Origin: Convolutriloba macropyga | Taxonomy: Eukaryota | NCBI RefSeq assembly: GCF_964194025.1 | Contig: NC_134472.1 | Location: forward strand, 73,473,462 to 73,534,000 | DNA length: 60,539 nucleotides | Direction of reading: 5' to 3' | Shown here: in pieces, positions 23,158 through 36,802 of the stretch | How the letters are laid out: the number at the start of each line of letters is the position of its first letter | How positions within the stretch are numbered: the first letter of the stretch is position 1 | The notes under the pieces: generated by a model | Seen by the model: the letters and a program-made list of their open reading frames with translations, nothing else | What the model was told of the DNA's origin: nothing | The model's database searches: none | Position numbers and translations under genes: made by a program

Positions 23158-25290
23158 AAATCAGAAATGGCCTGTGATCGTTTAGGCGGAAACAAAAACA
23201 GAAAGCAGACATAATAATAACTTCATCTAAATTTTGACTTCAATTTATCGTTCTTTTTCAATCCTAGTGTAGCTTGACACATTTTGATAAGAAATGCATG
23301 GTCTTCAAATCTCTTTCGAAACTTAAAAAATATTGCCAAGAACTTGAAATACCAAGATTTCCTGCTAATTCTTGATAAGGTCTTGGTAAGATCTTATCGA
23401 GATAATCCAAGAAAATTTCTTGACAGCTCTTGACTAAATGTCAACAAATGCTGAAAAGTTCAAACAATGACATAGATAACCCAAAAATACACACCGGGGT
23501 ACAACTTTTGGAATTGCAAAGCAAATGTTTTTTAATTTTCAGCTTCATATCAGATTCTTTTAAGTCTGCCTGGTCTTTTTTTTCTATACTATAATTAATT
23601 GAAGGAAGCATACATTTAATTTAACCTATTAACCAAAAATATTATTATTGTAGATCATATAGATCTCATATAGGCCATGTAGAGTCTCAAATATTTCATT
23701 AGACAACCTAAATAGCAAAAAGAATCGGTAATGACCAAAACTGGAAGGCTCAATTTTCAAAATGGTAGATTGTAAAATGCACTAGTAGTATTTTTGTTAC
23801 CATCGAGGTTGAATTAGAAACACGCTGTACAGAAATTGTTGTCATTGTTTTACAAGTCATCAAACACGTCAAATTGCAGTTCAATTTAGGAACCAAGTTT
23901 TTGTTCCTTGTTTTCGTCGCAATCTTTTCCATTCCAATCGAATCTTTTAGGAGCGGAAATTTTGCTTTGATTATGGCGCCATGTTTTAAAAAGTAAGAAA
24001 AAAATTTCAGCTTCTTTGTTATATAAACTATTACCGATAGGATAGTTGCTTATGATCGTTGATGATGAGAATGCCGTTAGAACTAGCAAATAAGAAAACA
24101 TAATTATTTTCAAAGATAACAATAATTTATCAATGAATATGTTTTAATAGCAATAACACAGAGTACGTCAGAAGCCATACTCCAAAAATATAATTATTCA
24201 CAGTTACTGACGAATTTCGAACCTTGAAATTCCTGTAGAATTATTTAATTTAAGAACGCTTTATTCTTTTTCGCACAATCCCCAAGTTAAAAGAATATTT
24301 AAATCAAATTGATACCAGGCCTTATCTAAGTTGCAACACTTTGATCAGCTTCAAATTATTACCTACTGTTTGCATCACTCTGTTACAAAATTTAAAATTG
24401 TAACAAATTGAATCTGTTACACGTTCCGGATTTCAGGACGCGCCCAAACCCAGTTTTCGATAATGACGCTGGACGAAATCTACTAATGTTTGGGAACCGA
24501 TGAGGCGAGAAAACTCTTTTGATAAGGCAATGAAACGTTTTGATAAAACTAACAGTGATATGACAAAAAATTGCAAACTTCAGTTTAACTTGCAGCTTTT
24601 CAAAAAATGTATAGAAAATTGTCTTCACCAAGACAGATACTCATGGAACATCTAAACTAGTAACTATGCCGTGATTCAGAGACTCAAATATTTTATATTT
24701 TTTGAGTAGGTTTGAGTGAGGTCATCCGTTCATCCTGGTGTATTAATCTCAAAACAGATCTAAACTTTGATAGTTTTCGTTTATTTTTTGTTATTGCCGT
24801 ACTTTATTTTCACTCTTACTAATATGCATGCTACAAAATCCCAAAGTTCATTATACCAAACGTTTTTTTGAGTCATTTTTTAAAATCTCGTCCGTATATG
24901 ATGTATTTAATGTAAGAAGCTTATGATCTCGGTAGTAAGGAAGTCATGTCAAAAAAATATTGTGACCGCAAATTAAGAAATTCTTGCATTTATCAAATTG
25001 ATTAACCAAATTAAAAGTTTTTTTGGAAAACAGCATTAAGTATCCTTTTCACCCGTCGGTCGAGGTAGCCGTAAGCCTTTTCTACTCCCTCACCCCCCCC
25101 CCCTCTCAATCAATTTTAAGCTGGCCTAATAAAGCCAACGCTAACCGCTGCCAAAACCAGCTAATTGCAAGTCATTTGGGATCGATTCGGTCGACGATAG
25201 TCCGTAATGGTTTCCATTGGTTATAAATAATCCATTCTATCTGCACTGCAGCTCTGAAGCTTTGCGCTTTGCTTGATTGTCGGAGCTTAA

Positions 25291-27939
25291 TTGTTCCGAC
25301 CCCCACTTTAGTGGGGAGGGAGGAACTATATACTCAACTGGGGTTTTTTTTTGTTCAGTCAATTTTGGCCGATCGATATTGTCATCGTACAGAATTGTGA
25401 GTGGCATCATTGAAAAGCCCGTCCAGCGTAGACCACGGAATTAAAAAGATTTTTTCGATTTCCTTTTTCTACAGGGAGTTATCGAGGATTAAATTTTTGT
25501 GAACATTCGACTGTTTTTGTTCACATTTTCAGTAATTTTTGCTAAAATTTGGCACAATTTCGCTAATATAATTCAAAATAAGTTAAAATTTTTAACGGCA
25601 GAGTGTTGTTGTTACCGTTAGAGATAGAAGAGCGTTGCTGAATTGTTTGATTGAATTTTTTTTGATAATGTTTTTGATAAAGTTTTCAAAATTCAAATTT
25701 TTTTCATCAAAAATGGCACAAAATATGCTTTTTTGGTCCACTGTGTCAAAGTTTTAAAACTTAGTGACCTAGAAACCATAAAACAGGCTTCCTCAACTGA
25801 AAAAGAGCGCTAGTTGCAATTAGGCGCCGTATGAAAGTCTTCTGGAATTAAAATTTTGACGATTTTTGCTGATTTAACTCGATAATTATACAAAATGCAT
25901 CGTTCTTTTTTTTAGTATTTGAAGAATTCCACGCAACATTTGGTCTAATTTGCAAACACTTGGAACACTTGGTCTGTTTGCTGGGCGCGAGACAAAATTA
26001 GGGAGAGGTTCGGCAATATCATGGATTCTTAGAATCAGAGACGTTTTGGTTTTTATTTTGATGCTGCCATTTTTCATCATATTTTGCTTTTGTTTTTTTA
26101 ATGTTAATTACTGACAATATTTTTTACTCACGGCTCCGTTATTGACCATTCAAATTTAAATAAATGTGAGGCCGAATGTAGATACAGTTTGTTTTCAGAG
26201 AACCAAAGGATTTTTATGGCTTTGAGGAAGAGTTTTAGTAAAATTTAACTGAGTTCTTGGCTTTTGCTTTCAATTGTTATTCTTTGGCAGTCTGGTTTTT
26301 AAGTTTAACCACTCAAGGTTCCAAATTTATTCCTCAAGAGGTGCAAGTTAACCTTTTCTATTCATTCGGTTGTTACCTCATGTCTCTTATGTTATTGAAT
26401 GTATTTGTTTTAAGGAAATTTCTGTGATTTTTTGAACTTGTCCATTTTTTTCATACTATTTTAGTCAACATTTTGCTTATTCTCAGCAAAAACAGGTCAA
26501 CGTTTCCTCAATATAGATTACAAACTAATTTTGTAGCCGATTGTTTTCAAAGAAGGTTTTCTTGCTTTTGGTGCTACGAGTTTTCATACAAAGTTTTTGT
26601 GTCTTCATTGCTTAGACAATTTGTTTCAGTAGAATTTTGTGAAGTTTAGATACTTTTCAGTATTTGTGGTTCTTTTTGTTGTCATTTTTGATAGCGTTTT
26701 ACAAAAAGACGTTATGATGGTCAAAGGAGATGCAAATGAATATGTTTTATTCTCGCGGTTAATATCTTAGAAGTTATCTTAGTGGTTTCGTAAAGTTGTT
26801 TGTGAAACTTATCAGTTCAGCTTGTATTTAATGTTATTTTATAGTTTTGTGATTTAATCTCATCAATAACAGTCGCAGTTAGTTCGAGTAGTTGCAAGAC
26901 AAACTGTCCACTCTTTTGGTCGAAAGATTTGTTGGCTATGGGTTTTGAAAATATTTGTTTTTAATAAAAAAAAAGAGATAGATTTTTGAGATCTGCCAAT
27001 TTATTTTCTGTTAAATTGTAGCTAAGCTTCTCTATATACAATTCATCTCATTTATCTATTGAAAAACAATTTGTTCTTCATAACGGTTTTTTTCCTCAAA
27101 TGGTCTTTCTTCGAACAACCAGTTTTCATAAAAACCAGTTTTTGTAATTTTTGCATATTTGACCATTTTTGTAGGTTTTTGTTTTCTTTTCATAGTATCA
27201 CAATAATGGGCGTCATTTGATTTACAAATGTTGTTACCTTCAAACAATCTTAACGAAGATCTTTATTGTTTTTAGTGATCAGCTTAATAATTAATTGATT
27301 GGGGGGACATCATTTTGGTGCATAATTTTTCGTGCAAATTTTTAGTTTTTGCTTGTATTTGCCGTTCTTTTTGTTGCTGTATGACATATCCTGGGTAATG
27401 AAAGGCCTCAGTCGCTCTCTATTGAGGTATAAAAGACTCTCTCAATGATTTCATTTGATGTATAATGTTTCTAATCCATTCGAATTTAATTCTTTTTTTT
27501 TTAAAAAAAAAACAATGTTTTAAAAAACTTTGCCCCTTTTGCTCATTTATAGTCAATTTGTTGCCAAATTGCATTGAGGAAAAGTCCCGTACTTCGTGTC
27601 TAGAAAGTGTCGGTTAATCTTCTGAGTATAAATTTTATCTGATGCCATTTTGATTTCGTTATTAGTGGTTTTCAAAAAGGTACAAGGAGTTTTGGTCGTA
27701 ATTAATATTTGTAACTATTTGATTTTTATTGCCGTCTTTTTTGGTAGTCTAATTATGGTAGCTACAGGTCTCTTGGGCCCTCTAGAGTAGATTGTTTTTT
27801 ATTTAGTAGTTTGTTGAACGATATGTTGATATGTTAATTTTGTTTATCTTTTCCTCTTTTGGTAGACAATTGAGTGAAAACGGTAGATGAGCGGGGTCGG
27901 AACTTAATGTGCGAACGCACATTACCGAGCCTCCTTGTT
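25291..27939 (+). mobile_element. Helentron/DINE-1-like non-autonomous rolling-circle element
   Basis: 5' sub-TIR gttccgacccc (25293-25303) with local hairpin ccccac-ttta-gtgggg; 3' sub-TIR ggggtcggaac (27893-27903) followed by perfect hairpin taatgtgcg-aa-cgcacatta (27905-27924) and terminal cttgtt. This matches the DINE-1/HINE layout. Confidence 0.75.
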
Positions 27940-29342
27940 GAGTGTTTTGTTGTCAAGGTGACGCTAGAAGCTATAGAAAAAAAAGGTCGCGTATTTTTCG
28001 ACGTTTTGCGCTCTTTTAATTAAAGCCCACTTTTCGTTCGAAACTAATTGTGCACGAGAATTTATAGAGAATTTATAATGAATGCGTTTTGTTAATGTTT
28101 ATAAATTAAGAAATTAAATGTTTTTTACCAAAAAATATATATGAAAAGTCCAGAAGGATGAAATTAAATCATATTTTTTTAAAAAAATTTATAACTGTTT
28201 TTCGAATAAATTCAATTTCGCAATCCAATTCGATGCAAAAAAATAACATCTTGTGAGATTCTCTTATAAATATTAGAGAAAAAGGAAGCCAGTGTTTTCA
28301 AGAAATTCTCATTTAGGAAACAATTTCAATTGTTTGACCTAGAAGTTGGATAATTTTCCACTACATTTCTTTTACGTCATCAATGTTGCAGGTAGATTTC
28401 GTTATTTATGTATTCTGAGCAGAGTCGCAAAATGGATACATACAAAATATCAATCTGGGCAACACAACTGAGCTGGGGTTCTTATGTTTTAAACAGCTTC
28501 TTCGGAACACATGTTGGGTCAGCAAGAAACAAATTTTGCAATTCAAACAGTTTCTGAGGTTGAAAAAAAACAAAAAAAAACAATGAAACCAAAGGGTTTT
28601 AGACAACCCAGACAGCTTTGTAATACGAAGTCTTGAAAGAATCTTGCAAGTTTCTTGCAAGATTTTGATTTCATTTGCATAATACTTTAATCCACTAAAA
28701 AACTAATTCCATTAATGTAGAATCGAAGTAACAAAATCTTCTTTTGCTGTATGTCTGTGAAAAAGTTCGTATTCAACATAGAAAAAAGCTACACCTTGCT
28801 GGCCATATTTTTTGACGCTCGAAAAAGGATCGTTAATGGATCTCAAAACCAACGAGTAACTATTTTGCTGGTGTATGCCCCGTAAAACAGTTTCAAACCA
28901 TGTTAAAAACAAGATTTGTTGGAATAGGAGAAAGAAAAACAATCAAAGAAAAAACATTTCAAGTTACTCATGATATTTATCTTATCATTATTTCGGCTGA
29001 GTTAGACGGCACTAGATGCTTCGACTGGAAGTTTTATCTTGTTCAATCATCTAATTGCTCCTAGCACAGGCAATTCAACATAAAAAATGATTACTTTTTC
29101 GTACTGGGCCTTGTCAAATCTTTAGTTCCGGTAAAGTAGAAATGAAATTTTCAGTTTAGGCCACCGCAGAAATATGATAAAAAGCAAAAATTTTGAATCC
29201 CGTTTTGGCATTCCAAATATCAATTAACCTTGGTAGTATAGACGTTCTTATATGGAATGGGGTTTTAAAACGATCAGAAACTTGACATAGGAGGCTCCCA
29301 GTTTTTTTCTGTCAGCTACCTTTTTTAAAGCTCAACTAATTT

Positions 29343-32100
29343 TTGTTCCAACCCCTCTTGAAGGGGGGAACTTTATACTCAAATGTGTTTTTTTTTTGTT
29401 CAGACAATTTTGACCGATCGAATTATAATAATCCTAGGAAGTTGTGAGTGGTATCATTAGAAAACCCGTCCATTGTAGAATATGGAATTAAAATGATTTT
29501 TTCAACATTTGCTTTTTATAGGGAGTTATCGAGGTTTCAAATTTTGTGAATAATAAACGTTAGATTTTTTGTGTGTATTTCGGCTGTTATCATTCACATT
29601 TTGACCAAATTTTTGTCAATTTTGACCAAATTGTCGTCAATTTTGCTAAAATGTGTTAAAATTGTTAACTGTAGTAATATAGATTTTATCTCTAAAGATA
29701 GAGTAGGGTCGCTGAATTGTTCGATTTGAGTTTTTTGGCTAGAATTTATGCTACACTGTTCCAAACTCAGACTTTTTATCGTCAAAAATGGGACAAAGTT
29801 TGCTGTTTTTAGACCACTTGCTTTAAATAAGCTAGAAGTAGACAGCTTAAAACTGCGGCCAGATTTTTTTAAGCTCAAAAAAAGCTAATTGTACTCCCGT
29901 TGGCTTTAGGAGTTGTCTGGAATTATAATTTTGCCAAATTTTTGCAAATTCAAACTCGATAATTATACAAAACGCATTAATTAATTTTGACAAACTGAAA
30001 AATTTTGTTTTGAGTTGATCTAATTCCTCAACAATTGTGTGTTTTGATGGACGCGAAGAAACATCTTGGCTGATCTTGATCTCACTATGGATCCTTATGA
30101 TATATATTATTTATATTTTAATGGGGCGCGACCATATTTTTAAAAATATTTCCGATATGTAAATTTTTAATGTAAATTAAGGACAAGAATTTCAAATCAG
30201 TGATCAATTATTCACAGATACTTTTCACAAAAAAAACAAGATCCAACGAGATTATATTATGGTTTCACAGTTATATTATGACTCCGAAAAATTGTTTTCG
30301 TAAAAGTTTGATGGACTTCTTTTCTTTTGATTTCATTTCTTATGCTTTTTTTAGCCCAATGACTTAGTGTCCTCAATCCAAACCGAGATAGTTTCTAGAA
30401 GATATGAAAGAACCTAGACATTTTTATCTGTTGTTTTCTAAAGTCTGTTATGACTTTGAATAAATTTGTTTTGAGAAATTATCGGTGAAATTTTGATATT
30501 CAATTATTTTTATCTTATTTCTCTCAATTTCGGAAGTAGTCTCAGTAAAAACCGCCGGAAACCGACCTCATGTGAGTACTAAGTTAATGAAAGTAAAGGT
30601 TTTATATACAACTAATGGCCTCTTTATTTTTGGTACAACGCATTTTCAGTTTCTTTTTTAATTTTTGGTCATAATTGCATTTTTATGAGTTCATTTTGTT
30701 TCCTTGTCAAATTATCACTTTATTGACACGTCAAATTGAAAGAAAAAAATGTAGAAAAAATATACAAAGTTGGAAAGAAGGAGTATCTTGATAAGTTAAT
30801 TGTTTTTGTTGAATAGTTTATGCTATTTGGGCTGAGACGAGTTATCTCGCAAAACTATGTGGGTTTCAATTTTGCCTATGTTTGTTTTCTTTTCGTTGTT
30901 GTGCGCCTTTTACCAGATAGCGATAGATCGTAATTGTTTTCCCAAGACGTGTATTTAAACTTAGATAAAGATTTCAGTTTATAGCTGTTTGTTTTAAGGA
31001 CTTTCAATTTAAAAAATAAAAAACATTTTTTTCATCTGTCTCCTTTTTGCTTTTATTTTCGTCACCATGTAACTCAATTTCACTCATTAGAAGTATCAAA
31101 CACTTTCGTTGACTCAAACACGTTTTTGCGCTTGGTTATACGTTGTGACTGATTGCATCGACAATTTAGTTTCATAAACAGTTTTTGAGATTTCTGTAAT
31201 GTTCACTTTTGGGTTTCCCTTGTTGTCTTGGCTAAGTAGTTCTGTCATAGGGAAGACTTGTTGATGTTATGATGAAAATAAAATGGTGGTTTACAGTTCT
31301 TGCAGGTAACATCTCATAAATATGGTGCCTTGAACAATGTCAATTCATAAAATTGTTTGCAGTTATTGCTTCTTTATGAATTTGTTTTTTATAGGCTCGT
31401 GACTTAGTCTCACTTTTAATAGCCCAATTGGAAATTTGAAACTTAATAGGCCCAGTTGCAATTTAATTCATAGCTTTTTGTTGTAATCCTAACTCTGTTG
31501 TAATATTTAAAATATTTCATTTTGAAAATAAATTTGAGCTTTTGAGCTTCTTCTTTTTTCATTAGTCTTTCGGTCAATTTGTAGATCAGTCTGTACAAAG
31601 AGACTGTACAAGGAGACTGTACAAAGAGTCTAATGTTACAAGGAGACTTCACAAAATGTTAGATTTTTTGCATTTGTACATTTCAAAGGATTTTCGGTTT
31701 CTTTTTAAATTTTAACAATAATCGTTGAGTCCATCGGTTTTGAAATTTTCCAACAATGTCGAACAATGTCTAATGAAGTTTCTCAATTGCTTCCTATGTA
31801 GATATAAAGGAATATTTTAGTGGTCTCAGCTGATATCTAATGACATTAATATTTTTGAAATTAATTGTTTTCAAAAATGGAAAATTATTTTTAAACTTGG
31901 CACCTATTTGCTCTTTTTTTCGACCGGTTAACCAGTCGTATTGAGGACAGGTCTCATATCTTCCCTAATAAAGTATAGGTTAAATTGTTTTTTTATGGTT
32001 TTTATCTGATGCGAGTTTGGTTTTATGATATTTTTATTATAGACATCGAGTTTTGGTCGTAATTAATGTTTGTTTTTTGGTTTTTTATCGTCCTTTCCCG
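29343..32100 (+). mobile_element. Second, diverged and 3'-truncated copy of the Helentron-like element
   Basis: ttgttccaacccc..ggggaactttatactcaa..ttgttcag..gtgagtggtatcatt..gggagttatcgagg parallels 25291-25500; gagttttggtcgtaattaat occurs at both ~27687 and ~32048. The 3' sub-TIR and hairpin were not found. Confidence 0.6.
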
Positions 32101-34572
32101 TATTCCTATTACCAAACATTTCATTGGCCCTAAAGCGTGGCCTTATTGTATTTCATTTGTTGTTTATTCAACGTTGTTTATGCAATAGGAATGCAGGCCA
32201 AGCAGAATGTGATTTCAAAACACTGATATCAATTATAACGTTATTTTGGCTGAGCAAGAAGTCAATTTAAAATTTTGTCATTATTTTTCCAATCATCTTT
32301 TTCAAAATATTTTTCATTTTCTCTCAAAATGTCTGATGCTCAATTTCCTTCATAAATCAACAATTCATTCAACCAAAATATAATTTTTATGCAAAGGACT
32401 GTTTGTTATAATCCATATTTTTTCATGAGCTAGATAGTTGTTCTTTCTAGTCGTTTGTTTCAATTGTAGCCAGAAATGTGTTGTTTTGAAATGGAAGAAA
32501 TCATTTTTGCTCTTTTAAGGCGCAAGTTTTTATTACCCTCGTCGATAAAATCTAATTTTCATCAAAATTTCTTCTAATTTTCTATTAGTGGACATCACAA
32601 TGTTCGATGTTTTATTTGTGTCAATACATCAGTATTTATGCTGCACTCCATTTTGATTTTCAGACTCCAATTTTTTCTTAGTTATGAAAACAGCTTCCAT
32701 TTGATGAGAACTTGCGGTATCAAGTTTCCAAAGGATGTTATCTATCAACAGTAATAAATACTATTTCTTTTTTGAAATCCATTCTCATTTAAGACACCAA
32801 AATGGTCATCAAGCTCATTAGTTATTTATTTTTTTTCAAAAGACATGAGTTCATCCTTTAATACAATAAGAACGAAAAATGTATACATTGTTTTTATGGA
32901 TGACTCAACAGTTCAAACGATTAAAAAAACGGTGTTGACTGATTGATGCCATTAATTTTGCTAATTTTGAACTTCGAGTTAGTGGTTCCTCGTCTTTTTC
33001 TGAAGAAAGAATAAAAGCTCTTCAAAGTGGAGAACCTAATTCTCTACATATCTCCACAACAATGGAAAGATCTGCACATTTCATGAAAATTTACCAAAAA
33101 ATTTCAAAATTCACCAGAAAATTTGCAAAAAATCATCGTTTCCGATTTTATCAAAATTTATCGTTTCCGAATTTTTCTTAAATTATTATTCCCGATTAAA
33201 AAATTATCATACCCCCACGCTATTAGGGTAAATGATCGGGAAAATTGCCAAGAAGTTACTGTGTATACCGTAAAACGTCTTACTTAGTGGAAACTCGGAT
33301 CCGAATAAAAAATTAAATGCAAATGAATGCGGGGAGAAAGCAAAAAATTTTTGACGATTCACAATGAATGCCTTCAAAGGAAAAAACACTAGCAACCGAA
33401 GTTCTTACACTAGACAAACATTTCCTATGAAGTTTTGCCAAATTGGACTCATTAACGGCTAGGAAGGGATTATAACTGCGGTAAAAAAATTAATGCGATT
33501 CTTAATTTAACTTCCAGGTAAGCACTCGATGATTTTTAGTAGCATTCAATAATTGACAACAAATTCCAGTTCCCAGGAGCAGGCGTTCTTTTCCAATTAA
33601 AGAGAACGATACTGTATGATTACTATTTCATATGAAGGGGGGTTCGAAGGAGGCGAAACTAGTGTCAAAATTGGTCCAAACTGGATCCGAACCTGCATCT
33701 CTTAGTTGCAAACCCACTGTGCTAACCATTATTTCAACTAATCTTTAGCTGTGAAACGCAGTTATCTCTCAGAATTAATCATTTTCGAATTCTTTCTTGT
33801 TCCTCGAGACGTCATCTCCCCAGTCAAATTTTCGTTGAACAAATAGTCAAGTTTTTGGCAAGCTATTTCAAGCTTTTTTTATGCACAATAAACATGTTGT
33901 TCTCAATTAATCTTGTAGCATTTAGAATAACTAATATATGCGCAGAATCTGATGAAATATAACTTGTGTTCGTTGCGTTTTGATGAATCAATTTCATTCC
34001 GAGAACAAAACTTGGACAATCGAAATCAGAAAAACTTATTTTTGTTTATACTATTGGTAGTTAGAACAAAGTGATTATAATGTTACNNNNNNNNNNNNNN
34101 NNNNNNNNNNNNNNNNNNNNNNNNNNNNNNNNNNNNNNNNNNNNNNNNNNNNNNNNNNNNNNNNNNNNNNNNNNNNNNNNNNNNNNNNNNNNNNNNNNNN
34201 NNNNNNNNNNNNNNNNNNNNNNNNNNNNTTACGAATGTTTCAATTTTTCTCTGCAAATAGCGACAACAAATAGACCAAGTAAATGTATTGTCAACAGTGT
34301 GATATTTTAAAGTTCGTTTTTTTGTCTCTAGGTAAAATGAACACCTACGCAGAGTTGAGAAAAAGCGTCAAATAAAATTAATTTTATTCATAGGACCTTA
34401 TGCTCAAGTGTTTAATTCCGTTACAACAGATTGGTTACGAGACTCTGTAAAAATTATTTTCAGATTCTGGCTCACAATTTAAACTACTACGCAATGATCG
34501 ATGAAGGCCAGATTGTCTCTGTGAATTCTTTGGAATTCTTTGATGTCTTACATTAAGCGGTACACTGCATAT

Positions 34573-35442
34573 TCAATTCTTTAAAATCATGTCACAGGGA
34601 AAACGAAATTGGTAATAATCCGGCGCATCATGAAAATATTCATGAGATCCTGGCGAAATTGGGTGCCAATTTATGCACATACAAATATACAACTCGTCCC
34701 AATTTCTTGACGGCTCCGAAACCAGTTCCCCAGGCGGAGCCCAAATGAGATGATGTGTGACGTCATTTCCGTTCAGACTCAAATAAACGTCACTCGTAGC
34801 TTCATCTGTAATGCCGAGCCAGAAGTTCTCGTAGTTCTGATTTTTGGCTAAGAAGTCGTATTGCTGAGTTGTTCCGTTGATGTCCCCGAAAAGCTGACCA
34901 CCAATATTAGTGCAATGAAGTCTTGCATCGGTGAAAATTTTTAATTCATTTATCCATTTAAACCATTCATGAACTCGATAAGTTTCACAGTCGCTTTTCC
35001 CTCCGTAGTAACTATCTGTCACGTATCGCTCAGAGTACCTTTTCCATTCTGAAGCTGTGTCAATCACCTTTTCTACCCACATTCCTTGGCAATCGACTCT
35101 CTTCAGGTTAAATTTACAAATATTAGGATTCAAGTCGTCATTTCTTATGTCCACGAGGGTTCCCAGCTGAATACATTTTGGCGACGTTTCACTAGTCATA
35201 CCCAAATATATACAACTGGGATTAGCTGACCAAACCGTTACGTCAGAAGTATCAATTTCGTGAACTCCTACAGAGTTCAAACGACAAAATTTTTTATCGC
35301 ACAAGTTGAACGATTTGCAAACAGGCGTGATGAAACATCTCGAACTGCATAAACTTTTTGAGGCGACTCTTGTGGTTTGAATTCCAGCTCCAATTATAAG
35401 ATAACCTTCTATGAAGTGCTCGAACTGCATTGATCTAAGCAA
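34573..35442 (-). CDS. PAN/apple-like domain + C-type lectin domain protein; 5' end and signal peptide not evident
   Basis: SKSLCSSRCFITPVCKSFNLCDKKFCRLN (PAN cysteine pattern); FTDARLHCTNIGGQLF..FWLGITDEATSDVYLSLNG..W..EP..C..FHDAP..FPC (C-type lectin domain, WIGL-like motif). Confidence 0.85.
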   Translation of the reverse strand: MLRSMQFEHFIEGYLIIGAGIQTTRVASKSLCSSRCFITPVCKSFNLCDKKFCRLNSVGVHEIDTSDVTVWSANPSCIYLGMTSETSPKCIQLGTLVDIRNDDLNPNICKFNLKRVDCQGMWVEKVIDTASEWKRYSERYVTDSYYGGKSDCETYRVHEWFKWINELKIFTDARLHCTNIGGQLFGDINGTTQQYDFLAKNQNYENFWLGITDEATSDVYLSLNGNDVTHHLIWAPPGELVSEPSRNWDELYICMCINWHPISPGSHEYFHDAPDYYQFRFPCDMILKN

Positions 35443-35506
35443 AGTTATACGAAGTTTGAAACGAACAGAGCACGTGTCATTAGATAGTAAATCATTACAT
35501 TAAATC

Positions 35507-35590
35507 AAAATATGGCACGTGCGTCTGGGGGGGGGGGGGGTTGAAAATATTATGCAACCGCTAAGCTGGGGGAAGAAATGGAAAAGATCC
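35507..35590. mobile_element. Right-half fragment of a GGATC-family MITE
   Basis: atggcacgtgcgtctggggg..ctaagctggggg..ggaaaagatcc matches the right halves of the copies at 17028, 39312 and 57057. Confidence 0.7.
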
Positions 35591-35824
35591 AAAAAATGTT
35601 TTCAATGAAAATTATGCGAATTGACTCATATATTTTAGTGAGCTGTGCCCCGGGTTGCAATACATTAATGTTTGGATCGGAGCAAGTTCTTTGTATTTCG
35701 GCATATTTTCACTTGACCAGATTAGCTCCAGATAAACAAAAGACGTGTCCATGTAAAGAACGAATCCACAGAAACCAAATCCCAACATTGAGTTCCCACG
35801 TTGAGGTTCCATCTGGGAGTGAAT

Positions 35825-36802
35825 TCTGATCAGACCAAGACCAACGCACAGGGTGTATTCCAAGACTAAAATTACAGGGACTGAGAGTTAGTTCGAGCGC
35901 AACTAAGCATGATCAGAGGTCATTTTCGGATGGGAATGGTCCGATCAGAGGTCATTTCCGTCTGGGATAGTCTGATCAGGGGTCTCTTTCGAGCGCATTT
36001 CAGTATGATCAGAGATCACTTCGGTCTGGGAATCATCTGATCAGAGGTCTGTTCCAGACGGTAATCGACTGATCATAGGTTCCTTTCCTTGTTAAAGTTG
36101 TCGGTTTACTTTATACAACTCCTTGACCCGATAAAACTTCTACATTTTTGAAAATATAAGCCAAAAGTCAATTTTTGCGAGTGAAAAACGGAATTTTTTC
36201 CAAGGAACGTCAGACAGACCATTCTTATTGTTGTACAACCTAAAAATTACTGGTAGTCTGGGAAATTTTTTCGGTTTACGTTAACCAATTCGTTGAACCG
36301 ATAAAATTTCTTTATTTTAAAAAAATATAATAAATAAATAAGTCGATATTTCTGAGACAATTTTTTTTCCAAGGAACGTCAGGCAGACCATTCTCATTGT
36401 CTTAACCTACATACTACTGGTAGTCTGTGATGTCGATTCTTTACTTTGAACAACTCCTTGACCCGATAAATTTTCTATATTTACAAAAATATAATATGAG
36501 AATGAGGAATAAGAAGAGAAATTGGTCCGATCAGTTGCATTTTTGGTCTGGGGATAGTCTGATCAGAGGTCATCTCAAGCGCACAATAGTCTGATCAATG
36601 GTCTGCGTTTGATCTGGGCCATGGTTACATAATCATTTGGACAATGGTCTGATTTGGATCTGATCAGAGGTCACTTCCATCTGGCAAGGTGTGATCTGAG
36701 ACAGTATCGAGCGCACTTTGAGCGCACACGGTCTTTCGAGCACACTTTAGTCTGATAAGAGGTTACTTTGGTCTGGGATGGTCTGATCAGAGGTCACTTC
36801 TG
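35825..36802. repeat. Two clusters of degenerate (g)tctgatcagaggtca repeats, probable DNA-transposon subterminal-repeat relic
   Basis: The tctgatcaga core recurs many times in 35825-36080 and 36525-36802 and is also present in the TIRs of 15177-16351. Confidence 0.55.
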
